This document shows positions 10,476 through 21,830 of a stretch of 64,000 bases of DNA, piece by piece. The notes beneath the pieces are model-generated. The model searched no databases, was not told the origin of the DNA, and saw nothing but the letters and a program-made list of their open reading frames with translations. A program made the position numbers and the translations under genes. This DNA is from Candidatus Latescibacterota bacterium (GTDB taxonomy: Bacteria > Latescibacterota > UBA2968 > UBA8231): the NCBI GenBank assembly GCA_965208105.1, contig OZ242318.1, positions 4,768,001 through 4,832,000 of the forward strand, given 5' to 3'. How positions within the stretch are numbered: the stretch's first letter is position 1; every line of letters begins with the position of its first letter.

Positions 10476-10964
10476 GAATCAGAGTGTGCTGAGAAGGCTT
10501 GTTTGCGTTTTTCGGTTAATTTGCCCCCGAACAGTAGTGGAAAGGGCAAGCATGAATGAACGGACCTGGAGGAATATGCGGCAAACCGCCGAACGCCGGA
10601 AAATGCCGTCCGAAGGCGGAGCATCCCCTGCAGGTCTGACCGGAAAAGGCCCGTTCATTCACCGGGGGGCAGGCGCTGCCCCAGGTTGGAATCCCTGGAG
10701 AGGAATGGGCAGATCCGACGGTCCCAGTCCCTCCTTTCCATGTCCCCCGTGTGGACAGGTAGGTCGGGCGGCTGATCAGGGCGCAGTCAGCCTGGTGGTG
10801 GCCGCCGGAATCGCGCCATTCTCACCGCGGCCATCTCCGTTGAGCCCCACATCGCATTTCCTGCGGGAACGTCTACAACGGTAGTACGCCGGCTTCAGGT
10901 GGCCCTTTGGTCAGGCGGTGCAGGCCGGTCCGCCCGGGCGGGACTGGTCCATTTGCCCTGGGCT

Positions 10965-13900
10965 CTACAGACCAATTTGCCAGGAAACCGCGAGCTTCAC
11001 CCTGCGCCCCTTGGGATCGTGGGTGAAGCCGTCGTAGGCCTGTTCGATGTTGACCAGAGGAGGCCTGGTGTCGAGCAGGTTCATTCCCGAGAGCACCATG
11101 TTGACGCCCCTGGGCAGGGTGTATAGAAAGCTTATGTCCCAGGTGACGTAGCGGTCGATGGTACCGAACAGGTCTTTGACGGCGGCATTGTCGGAGGCCA
11201 TCGAACCCCGGTCCTCGTAGGAGTGAATGTAGTTCAGGTAGCTCACGAGGCCATAGGACTGCCAGTGATAGCCTGCCGATGCCCGCCCCTTCAACTTGGG
11301 CAGGGAAGTCGCGATCGGATTGCCGAAGTTCAGGTAGCCGGCAGCGTCCGCGGCTTCCTGCAGCACCAGATCGCCCAGCATCAGGGCCTTGGTCTCGTAC
11401 TGGCGGATATAGCTGCCGTCCAGACTGGCCGAGAACTGCCCCGCGCCCGCGGGCATCCGCGAGCCCAGATGCATGTCGAATCCCGAAGTCCTCACCCCAG
11501 GCCAGTTGACGATATCCACCTGCACCCGCTCGAGCTCGGAGGCCGCGCAGGTGCCCGTGCCTACCCCATCCGGGCAGACGATGAACCGCTTCAGGGCATC
11601 CTTGTTGGCTTCATCGGCATACAAGGCGGTTATGGCCCCGTGCGGCATCGCACCGATTACATCGCTGAAATCGTAGCTCCAGTAGTCGAATGTAGCGTCA
11701 TAGCCCGCCTCGGTGACCACGACGATACCCGCGTTATAGGTAAATGCCCGTTCGGGTTTGAGGTCCTTGCTCCCGATCCGGTCCACCGTTTGATAAGCGC
11801 CCGTTTCATTGATCCACTCGAGGGTCGAGAGCGGGCTTTCGTTCACGTCGTCCAGCGACGGGGTGCGAAAGGTCGTCTGCAGCGAGCCGCGCAGAAACAC
11901 GGATTGGGTGGAGGATTCCACCAGCTGGTAGCGAAATCCGATCTTGGGGTCGAAACTGCTCGCCACATCGTGGAACTCGTAGTTGGCCGCGAGTTGGGTG
12001 TCGAAGCGCGAACCCAGGCTGAGGGGCACCTCGGCAAAGATGCGATGCACCGTCTGCGACTCATCGTAGGGCCGATTCACATTGGTGAAGGCATAGGGAC
12101 CGAACCTGTCCTCGGCTGAGCAGCTCTTGTCGCCGACGACCGGACAGGGGTTGATGGTGACGTCGCCTGGGTCGTTGGGATCGCCGCTGGCATTGAGGAG
12201 GCGGAGCTGATAGCCGGCGGCGTAACTGGCCACGTTCTCGATCCAGGTTCCGCTCAGGGTCGCATCGGCGACCAGCATGTCCGCCGTGCTCTGCAAATCG
12301 ACTTCCTGGTTCAGCCATTGCCGCAACTCCTCGCTGTTCCTGAGATCGCGCCGGTAACCGGGGTTCGGCCGGTTCTCGTAATCCGAGCCGTACTGATCGG
12401 TGAACTCGATGGCATTGCTGAAGGGGTTGTAGTACTGGCAGCCGCCCTGTCCGGCCACCTGGCCGTTGAGCGGGCCAAGCCGCATCCCGGCCAGGGATCC
12501 GGGGTCCGCCTCCACGCCGACGCCGCAATCGGGTCCGCCGAACCCGCGGAAGCCGAGGAAGAGCCGCTCGATGTACACCCCCGGCAGGTTGTAGTTGCCC
12601 TCGGTGCGGGAGTACGAGAGGCCCAGGTCGAATTGGGTCTCCCGGCCGCCGAATGACTTGAAGTCGCCATTCGCGGAGGCCGCCAGGCGCAAGGTCCTGG
12701 AATCGCGGCCCAGGGTGCGCCCGGGCCCCGAGTTGCCGAAGGGGCGGCCGTTGAAGTACCAGTTATCCTCGGCCTGGCACTCGTCATAGTAGAGGTCCCC
12801 ATCCTGGGCGCCGTAGTCCTCGCAGAAGGCCTGCCGGCCCGGGTGGCCGGGCGCGACCTCCTGGATGCTCGTGTCCGTCAGGGGAAAGGGTGGGTACGAG
12901 GGCGTGGTGTACCAGCTGGGGATTTCGGCCGCTGCCCACAGGCCCTCGAAGTGATACTCCGTGCCATTGCCGAGGGCACCGTTGATCTCGGCGAAACCAC
13001 GGGTATGGCTCATCTCCTCGATCAGGTTCTCGTACTGCTGGTAGCGGAAGCGGCAGGTCCAGGACTCCCGGAAGCCTCCGAACTCCGAGCAACGCGGGGC
13101 GTGGATGGCAGCGGTCCAGGGCGCCGGGGCGCCGACGGCAAAGGTGCCCGGGTTGCCGATGCTCGACCAGCCGAGGCGCTGCCCCCCGCCGTGCCACGGC
13201 TGCAGCAGGTAGTCCCTTTCGGTTGCCGGCAAGGCCCGGCGCCCGCGCCATTCGCCGGCCACGACCGCGTGGGCCCCGCCGAGCTTGCCGCCCCAAATGG
13301 CGCCGACGTCGGTGTCCCCTGCGCCGGCGATGTACTCGTGATTGGCGGAGACTTCAAATCCCGTGAAGTCGGAGCGGGTCAGGAAGTTGGCGACCCCGGC
13401 GACGGCGTCCGATCCATAGATGGCCGCGGCCCCTTCCTTGAGGACCTCGACCCGGTCGAGGGCGATGGAAGGGATGGCGTTCACATCGACGAAGCGGCCG
13501 CCGATCAGGCGCGCCGGGACATAGGTCTGGCGGCGGCTGTTGATCAACACCAGGGTCCGCGAGGCCCCCAGACCACGCAGGTTCACGTTGGCTATGCTCT
13601 CGGAAAGGGTGGCGGCCTGATTGGCGTTGTACCAACTGCTGCGCTCGCCGATCACCCCGTGGCTGGCACTCAGGTTCTTGAAGAAATCCACCGCCTGCGG
13701 CGACCCTTGCTCGGCCAACTCGTCGCGCCCGGTCACGGCGACTGCGTAGGTCGAGCTGATGTGGGAGTCCTTGATGGCGGTCCCGGTCACAGCGGTCTCA
13801 TCGAGGAGGATGGCCGAGGGTTTCATGCGCAACTCGACCACCGCCGTCTGCCCGGCCTGCACCACGACCGTCGCGGTCGCGCGCAGGTAGCCGATCAAGT

Positions 13901-14138
13901 CTGCCCTCACCTCGTGACCTCCTGCCGGCACCCCTACCATGGTGAAGCGGCCATTCTCGCCCGACAAGCCGCCAATGTCCATTCCCGGGATGTAGACCAG
14001 GGCCGATTCGAGCCCCTTCTCGTTGGAGTCGTCGACTATGGTGACCTCGATGGTTCCGGATGCCTGGGCATGCGCCGTGGCGGACATCAGCAAGGCCGCG
14101 CCTGCCGCAATCGAAATCCACCTTTTGCAGAGTCTCAT
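10965..14138 (-). CDS. TonB-dependent receptor with N-terminal carboxypeptidase-regulatory-like domain
   Basis: Signal peptide; plug motifs 'NVNLRGLGASRTLVLINSRR' and 'RVEVLKEGAAAIYGSDAVAGVANF'; barrel C-terminus. GGAGG SD upstream of ATG 14138. Confidence 0.92.
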   Translation of the reverse strand: MRLCKRWISIAAGAALLMSATAHAQASGTIEVTIVDDSNEKGLESALVYIPGMDIGGLSGENGRFTMVGVPAGGHEVRADLIGYLRATATVVVQAGQTAVVELRMKPSAILLDETAVTGTAIKDSHISSTYAVAVTGRDELAEQGSPQAVDFFKNLSASHGVIGERSSWYNANQAATLSESIANVNLRGLGASRTLVLINSRRQTYVPARLIGGRFVDVNAIPSIALDRVEVLKEGAAAIYGSDAVAGVANFLTRSDFTGFEVSANHEYIAGAGDTDVGAIWGGKLGGAHAVVAGEWRGRRALPATERDYLLQPWHGGGQRLGWSSIGNPGTFAVGAPAPWTAAIHAPRCSEFGGFRESWTCRFRYQQYENLIEEMSHTRGFAEINGALGNGTEYHFEGLWAAAEIPSWYTTPSYPPFPLTDTSIQEVAPGHPGRQAFCEDYGAQDGDLYYDECQAEDNWYFNGRPFGNSGPGRTLGRDSRTLRLAASANGDFKSFGGRETQFDLGLSYSRTEGNYNLPGVYIERLFLGFRGFGGPDCGVGVEADPGSLAGMRLGPLNGQVAGQGGCQYYNPFSNAIEFTDQYGSDYENRPNPGYRRDLRNSEELRQWLNQEVDLQSTADMLVADATLSGTWIENVASYAAGYQLRLLNASGDPNDPGDVTINPCPVVGDKSCSAEDRFGPYAFTNVNRPYDESQTVHRIFAEVPLSLGSRFDTQLAANYEFHDVASSFDPKIGFRYQLVESSTQSVFLRGSLQTTFRTPSLDDVNESPLSTLEWINETGAYQTVDRIGSKDLKPERAFTYNAGIVVVTEAGYDATFDYWSYDFSDVIGAMPHGAITALYADEANKDALKRFIVCPDGVGTGTCAASELERVQVDIVNWPGVRTSGFDMHLGSRMPAGAGQFSASLDGSYIRQYETKALMLGDLVLQEAADAAGYLNFGNPIATSLPKLKGRASAGYHWQSYGLVSYLNYIHSYEDRGSMASDNAAVKDLFGTIDRYVTWDISFLYTLPRGVNMVLSGMNLLDTRPPLVNIEQAYDGFTHDPKGRRVKLAVSWQIGL

Positions 14139-14285
14139 ATATACCTCCATATGGTTCTGGTTCAGGGTTTCGGGGAACTGACGGACCCCGAGGTCCCATT
14201 TTTGGGAGGGTCCGAACAGCTTCCCTGCACAATCGCTCGATGTGCAGTGTTGCATTTTCCTAGCCTGATTCGGGCGAGCATGTCT

Positions 14286-15044
14286 TTATTCGACAATGGC
14301 CTCTCGCAGCGAGAGAATCTGACCCTCGCTCATCCCGATGTTGCGGGCGTAGCCCACCACGCCGCAATAGCGCTCTTCGAGGGTGCGAAGGACGGCGAGC
14401 ATGGTATCGGGACGGCAATGCCGGTCCTGGTGGTCCTCCAGTGTGTAGGTGGCGGGGCTGAGCTCGGGATGGTTCGCCAGGTGCTGCGCGTAGGTGAGGC
14501 GGGCAGTCAGGGCGAAGTCGGCGGCTATGGTCTCCTCCGGTACACCGGCGATGCCGAGGACGAGGGCGATGATGAGCCCGGTCCTTTCGGTGCCTCCGGC
14601 GCAGTGGACCAGGGCGGGAAGAGTGCCGCGCTGTCCCAGAAGGCAGAGGGTGTCGTGAATATGGGACTTGCGCCGGTCCAGGACCACGGAGTAGGACCAT
14701 CGCATGTGCTCGACATAGTCCAGTGAGGGGGGAATACTCTCGCGTTCCCTGATCAGGGTGTCTCCCACCATATTCTGGTGGAAGTACTGAAGGGCGTTCG
14801 AGCAGAGGAAGACGTTGCGCTTTTCCTGCATCTCCGCGCTCTTTCTGAGGTCGAGGACCGAGCGCAGGCCATAGTCCAGGAGGACCTGCTGGGAATCGGG
14901 GGAAAGGTTGTGCAGGGAGTCCGAGCGCAGCAGCCTTCCCCAGCGGGTCTGCCTTCCGTCGCTGGTGGCATATCCCCCGATGTCCCTGGTATTGCAGGTG
15001 CCTTCGAGTTCGAGGTGCCGTCTCGGGTCCAGGTCGCTGGTCAT
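14286..15044 (-). CDS. Tyrosine/lipid phosphatase (Y_phosphatase3 family)
   Basis: 'NTRDIGGY', 'LLRSD', 'LDLR', CX5R loop 'HCAGGTERTG'. Confidence 0.88.
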   Translation of the reverse strand: MTSDLDPRRHLELEGTCNTRDIGGYATSDGRQTRWGRLLRSDSLHNLSPDSQQVLLDYGLRSVLDLRKSAEMQEKRNVFLCSNALQYFHQNMVGDTLIRERESIPPSLDYVEHMRWSYSVVLDRRKSHIHDTLCLLGQRGTLPALVHCAGGTERTGLIIALVLGIAGVPEETIAADFALTARLTYAQHLANHPELSPATYTLEDHQDRHCRPDTMLAVLRTLEERYCGVVGYARNIGMSEGQILSLREAIVE

Positions 15045-15079
15045 GATTGTCTCTCCTTCAACATCCGTGATCTCCTATT

Positions 15080-15943
15080 TTATCGGACCGGCTCGGGATG
15101 GCGCCGGGGGAAAAATGAGTTCCCGGGGTGATCCCGCTCACCGGGATTGACGCGGTTGTCCTGACAGTAGACAGGCCGGACCAGGGTCCGGCGCTTGGGC
15201 GCAAGGGCCTGGAGTACTTCCTCGGGGGGCTCCCAGACATGCCACTTGCTGCCCACCGTGTTGTAGCAGTTGAAGACGGCGCAGCGCTCCCGCTCTTTGC
15301 TCTTCCAGACGACGCCGGTATGGGTGATGGCCTCGGTGAAGAAAAGAACGGAGCCCGCCGGGCACTCATAGGTTTCCCAGAGTGGATGGTCCTCATGATC
15401 GGTTACCGGGGGACGGTCAAAGGCCGCTTTATGGCTGCCCGACAAAAAGCGGGTGCCGCCATCCCCTTTCAGGATGGGATTGAGTTCCCAGACCACCCGG
15501 GTGAGGCCGCTGTTGGCCCTGCCGGGCCTGAGGTGGTAGGTGTGGTGATTGCCGGGAAAGTTGAGCAGCCCGCTGCCGCCGTGAGGTCGAAAGGTCTTGT
15601 TGCCTGGACCCCAGGGCCTGATGGTCAGGTTGGACCCATCGAGGCGGAAGCCGTAGCCATCCTCCGAGGCCAGCGGTTCGTGGGCAACGAACTCGTTCAT
15701 GAAGCCGATGACCACGGGATGGTCCATCAGCCTTTGCAGGGGTCCGCCTATGGAGGAGCGGGCGCTGACCGGAATCGAATCCGGGTCCCTGGCAAGCTGG
15801 TAGGAGAAATCGCGCATTTCGGCGATGTCACCGGCTCCAAGGACGGCTGGAATACAGAGCCAGCCCCGGGTGTCGAAGACATAGCGCTGCTCTGCGCTCA
15901 ACTCGATGGCGGGAAGTCCGTCGGCATTGGTGGATGCAGACAT
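15080..15943 (-). CDS. PhyH-like Fe/2OG enzyme with HGG in place of HxD
   Basis: 'QRYVFDTRGWL', 'PHGG', 'DGGTRFLSGSHK', 'AGSVLFFTEAITH'. Confidence 0.82.
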   Translation of the reverse strand: MSASTNADGLPAIELSAEQRYVFDTRGWLCIPAVLGAGDIAEMRDFSYQLARDPDSIPVSARSSIGGPLQRLMDHPVVIGFMNEFVAHEPLASEDGYGFRLDGSNLTIRPWGPGNKTFRPHGGSGLLNFPGNHHTYHLRPGRANSGLTRVVWELNPILKGDGGTRFLSGSHKAAFDRPPVTDHEDHPLWETYECPAGSVLFFTEAITHTGVVWKSKERERCAVFNCYNTVGSKWHVWEPPEEVLQALAPKRRTLVRPVYCQDNRVNPGERDHPGNSFFPRRHPEPVR

Positions 15944-16095
15944 GTCCTTTCTTTCATGACCTGGCATGGAAGATGCTGTCGTGCTGGCTATTGCCGCGGG
16001 GCAGCCCTTGACAAGCGCGGGTTGAGCCGGCCTTCTATCACCAGGGAGGCTGCCCGCCGGTAAGGGGGAGTTTTGGGGTCGGCTGTCGGGGCGGT

Positions 16096-16926
16096 CTAGC
16101 CGTGAAGCTCGAGATGTTTTCGCACCACTTCCTTCAGATCGCCCTTGAGGCCCTTTTCCGTAATGCTCATAAGGTCGATGGTTTCCGGGTCCAGTTCGAT
16201 GTTGGCGTCGCGCGCTCTCTGGATGTCTGTGTCCGGGCCCGGGCTGTACACGTCCTGGGGACCGAAGGTGTAGAACATCATTCTCCGGTCCCGGTCCGTC
16301 GGCCGCCATTTGTGCGCGCCGTGTACCAGCCGCAGGGGCATGATGATGACATCCCCGGCGTTGACGGTCACGGTGACGGCTCCATGCATATCCAGGGGGT
16401 AGGGATTCTCCTTGGGATAGTAGAACTCGGATTTGTGCGATCCGGGAATCACCACCAGTCCGCCGTCCCCGGGACGCACATCGGTCAAATAGAGAAAAGC
16501 GGTGAACAGATCGCAGTAGATCGACTTGGTTCCGTAGTTGGCAAAGAACCCGGGGGCGTCTTCGGGCCTGTATCGATCGATCTCTTTCTGGCAGTGGAAT
16601 CCGTGGTCGGTGTGGTGCGCGCAGTTGAGCATCAGCTGGCCGCCGCGGAGGCGGGGCAAGTTGTTGAGCAGGGCACAGGCGTAACCAAGGATTTTTCGAC
16701 TGCGGGGCAGCCTCTCCAGGGTCTTGTCGAAGATGAAGGCCCCGGAGTACTTTGCCCCGTAGTGGGCGTCCTGGTAGAGCTCGGGGTGATCCCTGACCAC
16801 TCGCTCCGAGGCTTCGAATGCTTCCTTGACGGTCTCCTCGTCTATTGCCTGTTCGATCTTGAGGTATCCGAAAGTGTCGAAGAAATAAAGTTCCTCATCG
16901 GTCATTATCTTGTCGTCGTCCGCCAT
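16096..16926 (-). CDS. PhyH-like Fe/2OG enzyme with HCQ in place of HxD
   Basis: 'YFFDTFGYL', 'FHCQKE', 'DGGLVVIPGSHK', 'AGDVIIMPLRLVHG', 'DRR'. Confidence 0.82.
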   Translation of the reverse strand: MADDDKIMTDEELYFFDTFGYLKIEQAIDEETVKEAFEASERVVRDHPELYQDAHYGAKYSGAFIFDKTLERLPRSRKILGYACALLNNLPRLRGGQLMLNCAHHTDHGFHCQKEIDRYRPEDAPGFFANYGTKSIYCDLFTAFLYLTDVRPGDGGLVVIPGSHKSEFYYPKENPYPLDMHGAVTVTVNAGDVIIMPLRLVHGAHKWRPTDRDRRMMFYTFGPQDVYSPGPDTDIQRARDANIELDPETIDLMSITEKGLKGDLKEVVRKHLELHG

Positions 16927-17056
16927 GATTCAGGCAACCTCTCGGATTTGTTGGTGAGCTTTGTTGGTGAGCGAGGAAAGTAACAGAATCTGAGAGAATA
17001 TAATCCAAGGTATGGAATTATCAAGGTTTATCGCATTCATCGCTTAATGGGTCCTG

Positions 17057-17086
17057 TTGACACGGCGCTTTGAAGATGGTTACCTT
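17057..17086 (+). promoter_or_regulatory. Putative sigma70 promoter for top6B-top6A
   Basis: TTGACA (17057-17062), 18-nt spacer, TACCTT (17081-17086) in an AT-rich divergent intergenic region. Confidence 0.45.
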
Positions 17087-17198
17087 ATTTCATCCTCGGG
17101 CGTCCTGCCCACCTGTCCCTCTCCCCTGATAGTGCAGTGGGCCCGGCCCATCCAGGCCGCGGCGACGTCGACAATCGGCTCCTCCCCTGGAATTTCAA

Positions 17199-18824
17199 AT
17201 GACTGAAATCACCTCATCTGAACCCCCCGCAGCGCGAGGAGGTCCCGGAAAGCCGCGGCGGAGGGCTTCGGCGAACGGCCGGGAGACCGCCCAGTCCATG
17301 GCCGCCCGCCAGCGCGAGATCTCGGTCTCCGAATTCTTCAGCCGCAACCGCCACCTGCTCGGCTTCGACAACCCGCGAAGGGCGTTGCTCACCGGGGTAA
17401 AGGAAGCCGTGGACAACAGCCTCGACGCCTGCGAGGAGGCGGGAATCCTCCCCAGAATCCAGGTAGGCATCAGGCAGTTTGGCGAAGATCGCTACGTCAT
17501 GCGGGTGGAGGACAATGGCCCCGGCATCGTCAAGAGCCAGATCCCCAACATATTCGGCAAACTGCTCTACGGATCCAAGTTCCATCGCCTCAAGATGTCG
17601 CGCGGCCAGCAGGGCATGGGCATCTCGGCGGCCAGCATGTACGGGCAGTTGACTACCGGCAAGCCAACCCGGATCGTCTCGCGGACCGGACCGCGGAGCC
17701 CTGCCCACCAGTACGAGATTCAGATCAACACCACCAGGAACAAGCCCGAAATCGTCCGGGAAGAGGACGTTGAATGGGACTCCCCCCGGGGAACGGTGGT
17801 GGAGATCGAGATGGAGGCGCGCTATTTGCGCGGACGCCAATCCGTCGACGAGTACCTGCGCCAGACGGCGCTGGCCAATCCTCACCTGCACCTGACCTAC
17901 GCCGCACCGGACGGCCGCAGGACATCCTACGAAAACTCGGCCAGCGCATTGCCGCCGGAACCTGCGGAGGTCAGGCCCCATCCGCACGGCATCGAATTGG
18001 GAGTGCTGATGAAGATGCTGCAGTCCACGCCCCATCGCAGCTTGCAGGGATTCCTGACCAGGGAGTTTTGCCGCGTCTCGGTGCGGGCGGCCAAGGAAAT
18101 CTGCCAGCGCTCCGACCTCGCCCCCGACTCCCGGCCCAGACGCATCGCCCGGGGGGAGAGCGACCGGCTATTCAAGGTCATAAACGCCACCAGGCTGATG
18201 AAGCCTCCCACCGACTGCATCGTGCCTATCGGAGCCGATCTGCTTCAGAACAGCCTGCAACAGAGCGTCCAGGCGGCGTTCTACACGTCGGGGACCCGGC
18301 CGCCCGGGGTCTACCGCGGGAATCCGTTTCAGGTCGAGGTGGCCATGGCCTTCGGCGGCGATATCGATCCGGAAGGGAACGTGGGACTTATGCGCTTCGC
18401 CAACCGCGTGCCTCTGCTCTACCAGCAGTCCGCCTGTGCCATTGCGAGAACAATGATCGGGGTGGAATGGCGCAACTACCGGATCAGCCAGAGCTCGGGA
18501 GCCATGCCCACCGGGCCGCTCCTCGTCGCGGTGCACGTGGCTTCGGTGTGGGTGCCCTTCACCTCGGAGAGCAAAGAGGCCATCGCCCACTACCCCGAGA
18601 TCATGAGGGAGATCCGCCTGGGATTGCAGGAATGCGGCCGGCGGGTGGGAGAGCACATCGGCCGCGAGCGGCGGGCGGCCGACGCCGCCCGCAGGAAGTC
18701 CTACATAGGGCAGTACATGGGCCACATCGCCCAGGCTCTGCAGGACATCACGGGAGACGGTGCAGATAAAAGAAACCAGATCGAGGAAAATCTTCAGTCC
18801 ATGCTTGAGAGGAGCCGCTCGTGA
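17199..18824 (+). CDS. top6B: DNA topoisomerase VI subunit B
   Basis: '[15 protein letters not shown]'; GHKL motifs '[10 protein letters not shown]', 'EDNGPGI', '[10 protein letters not shown]'; also '[11 protein letters not shown]' and '[12 protein letters not shown]'. Confidence 0.97.
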   Translation: MTEITSSEPPAARGGPGKPRRRASANGRETAQSMAARQREISVSEFFSRNRHLLGFDNPRRALLTGVKEAVDNSLDACEEAGILPRIQVGIRQFGEDRYVMRVEDNGPGIVKSQIPNIFGKLLYGSKFHRLKMSRGQQGMGISAASMYGQLTTGKPTRIVSRTGPRSPAHQYEIQINTTRNKPEIVREEDVEWDSPRGTVVEIEMEARYLRGRQSVDEYLRQTALANPHLHLTYAAPDGRRTSYENSASALPPEPAEVRPHPHGIELGVLMKMLQSTPHRSLQGFLTREFCRVSVRAAKEICQRSDLAPDSRPRRIARGESDRLFKVINATRLMKPPTDCIVPIGADLLQNSLQQSVQAAFYTSGTRPPGVYRGNPFQVEVAMAFGGDIDPEGNVGLMRFANRVPLLYQQSACAIARTMIGVEWRNYRISQSSGAMPTGPLLVAVHVASVWVPFTSESKEAIAHYPEIMREIRLGLQECGRRVGEHIGRERRAADAARRKSYIGQYMGHIAQALQDITGDGADKRNQIEENLQSMLERSRS

Positions 18825-19906
18825 ACCGGTTGATCAGACAGATTGAATTGGAGGGCGGAAAGATCCGCGACAAGATTCTGCGCAGGCAAAAACCCTCCAT
18901 GCGCTTTCCGCTGCGCAGCCTGAGCAATGTGCGCTTCGATCCCAGAACCGGATTTTTCGAGATGGGTCGCAAGACCAAGGAGCGCACCCTGACGGTATCC
19001 ACGGTCAAGACCTTCGCCCAGTCGCTCAAGATGATCGCTCTTTCGAAGACCCTGATCGAAACCGACGATATCGCCACCAAGCGCGAGGCGTATTACGTCG
19101 CAAAGGGATGGAGCGAGGAGATCCGCTTCGCCGAACAGGTCGAGTCGGACACGGTGCTGGACGACGTTGAATCACTGTTCCTGGTCAACCGCGAGCAGCT
19201 CGGGTTCGTCCCCGAGGAAAAGGGCGGTGAGGTGGCCGGCAATCTGATCGTGGTCGACCGCGACCGCGACAGCGGCGAAGAACTGGAGATCGACTGCACC
19301 CGATTCGGCTCCGGCGCCTACTCGATCCCCATTTCGGTCGAGGAGCTCCGTTTCGAGTCGGACGCCAGGTTCGTTCTGGCCATCGAGACCGCGGGGATGT
19401 TTCAGCGCCTGGTCAAGCACAGTTTCTGGCGCGTGGCCCAGTGCATTCTGGTGTCGATGGGAGGGGTGCCGACGAGAGCGACGCGGCGTTTCATTCGCCG
19501 CCTCTCCGACGACCTCGGGATACCGGTCTACGCCTTTGTGGACTGCGATCCCTACGGCATCTGCAACATCTACCGGACCCTCAAGGTCGGTTCGGGCAAC
19601 GCCGCCCACATCAACGAGTTCTTCTGCGTGCCCAAAGCCAGGTTCCTCGGCGTTACGCCGGACGACATCAGACGCTACGGCCTGCCGACCCATAGAATGA
19701 CCGAGGTGGATATCAAGCGCATCGACGACGCCCTCAGGAACGACCCCTTCGTTCAGCATTACAAGAGGTGGCAGAAGGCCCTCGCCGCGCTGAGGGAATC
19801 CGGCTACCGGGCGGAGCAGCAGGCATTCGCGGTACACAACCTCAACCATGTGATCAGCACCTACCTCCCGGAGAAACTGGAGGACCCGAACACCTTTCTG
19901 CCTTGA
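18821..19906 (+). CDS. top6A: DNA topoisomerase VI subunit A (Spo11-like)
   Basis: 'TKREAYY' catalytic Tyr region; TOPRIM 'AIETAG', 'GGVP', 'DCDPYG', 'AEQQA'. 4-nt GTGA overlap with top6B. Confidence 0.96.
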   Translation: MNRLIRQIELEGGKIRDKILRRQKPSMRFPLRSLSNVRFDPRTGFFEMGRKTKERTLTVSTVKTFAQSLKMIALSKTLIETDDIATKREAYYVAKGWSEEIRFAEQVESDTVLDDVESLFLVNREQLGFVPEEKGGEVAGNLIVVDRDRDSGEELEIDCTRFGSGAYSIPISVEELRFESDARFVLAIETAGMFQRLVKHSFWRVAQCILVSMGGVPTRATRRFIRRLSDDLGIPVYAFVDCDPYGICNIYRTLKVGSGNAAHINEFFCVPKARFLGVTPDDIRRYGLPTHRMTEVDIKRIDDALRNDPFVQHYKRWQKALAALRESGYRAEQQAFAVHNLNHVISTYLPEKLEDPNTFLP

Positions 19907-19999
19907 AGACCAGGGGTGTCTGGACGGGACGGGGAGCCGGGAGAAGTCCTGAGGGAAAGGTGCAGGAGAAGGGGAGTGCCCTGCAGGAACAGGCCGGGA

Positions 20000-20620
20000 T
20001 CAGGAGGTGATGAGAAACAGGGCCAGGAGGATGATCCAAACCACCTCGAGGAAGTGCCAGTAGTTGGTCCAGAGCTGGAGGGAGGGTATTCGCACCCTGT
20101 CCAGGCCATGGCGCAAGGCTTGCAGGGTCAACCAGCTCAGGGGAACCATGCCTCCGATCACGTGCAGGGCGTGGATGAGGATGAGAGCTGCGGCAATTCC
20201 GTAGATACTTGCATTCTTCTGCTCCAGCGCCACCTCGTGGGATCTGAGCAAGTCCACCATGCACGGGGCCTGAATGGCCATGAAGACCGCGCCAAGCACC
20301 CAGGTCGAGCTCAACCAGCGGCGCAGGTCGTCGGCGCTGCCGCGGCGCAGGCCGCCAAGGGCAGCGCGGGTGGTCAACCCGGATACCAGCAGGACTGCGG
20401 TTGATGCCCACAGCCCTGCCGGAAGCTCGATCGAGCCGGGAGGCAGAGCGGATCCGCTGTTGCCGCGGATGACCAGATAGCCGACGACCCCCGCTGCAAA
20501 GAGCACCGCGAGCGACGCCAGGAACAGCCGCATCCCCATGCGCAGGGCGGCGGAGGAACCCTCAGTGTGAGGGTTGGGGGTGCCGGCAGCCTTGGCATCT
20601 TCCTGTCCGGGTTGCTTCAC
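20000..20620 (-). CDS. Heme-copper oxidase subunit III-like membrane protein
   Basis: 'GMRLFLASLAVLF', 'STAVLLVSG', 'HALHVIGG', 'YWHFLEVVW'; 5 TM segments. Confidence 0.85.
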   Translation of the reverse strand: MKQPGQEDAKAAGTPNPHTEGSSAALRMGMRLFLASLAVLFAAGVVGYLVIRGNSGSALPPGSIELPAGLWASTAVLLVSGLTTRAALGGLRRGSADDLRRWLSSTWVLGAVFMAIQAPCMVDLLRSHEVALEQKNASIYGIAAALILIHALHVIGGMVPLSWLTLQALRHGLDRVRIPSLQLWTNYWHFLEVVWIILLALFLITS

Positions 20621-20628
20621 GTCAACCC

Positions 20629-21813
<1,185 letters not shown>

Positions 21814-21830
21814 GTGGACCTCCCTCTGTT

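Noticed and set aside
10578-10620. GGCAAACC resembling a c-di-GMP-I riboswitch start
   Set aside because: It lacks the GAAA tetraloop and GACGCAAAG elements, and it is on the opposite strand to the downstream gene.
12843-14726. Long antisense or overlapping ORFs (also 57580-59358, 40651-42138, 42391-44157 and others)
   Set aside because: These are shadows of real genes, expected in high-GC DNA, with no recognisable motifs.
16008-16041. Perfect TTGACA -35 hexamer
   Set aside because: No credible -10 at 16-18 nt, and it points antisense to the flanking genes.
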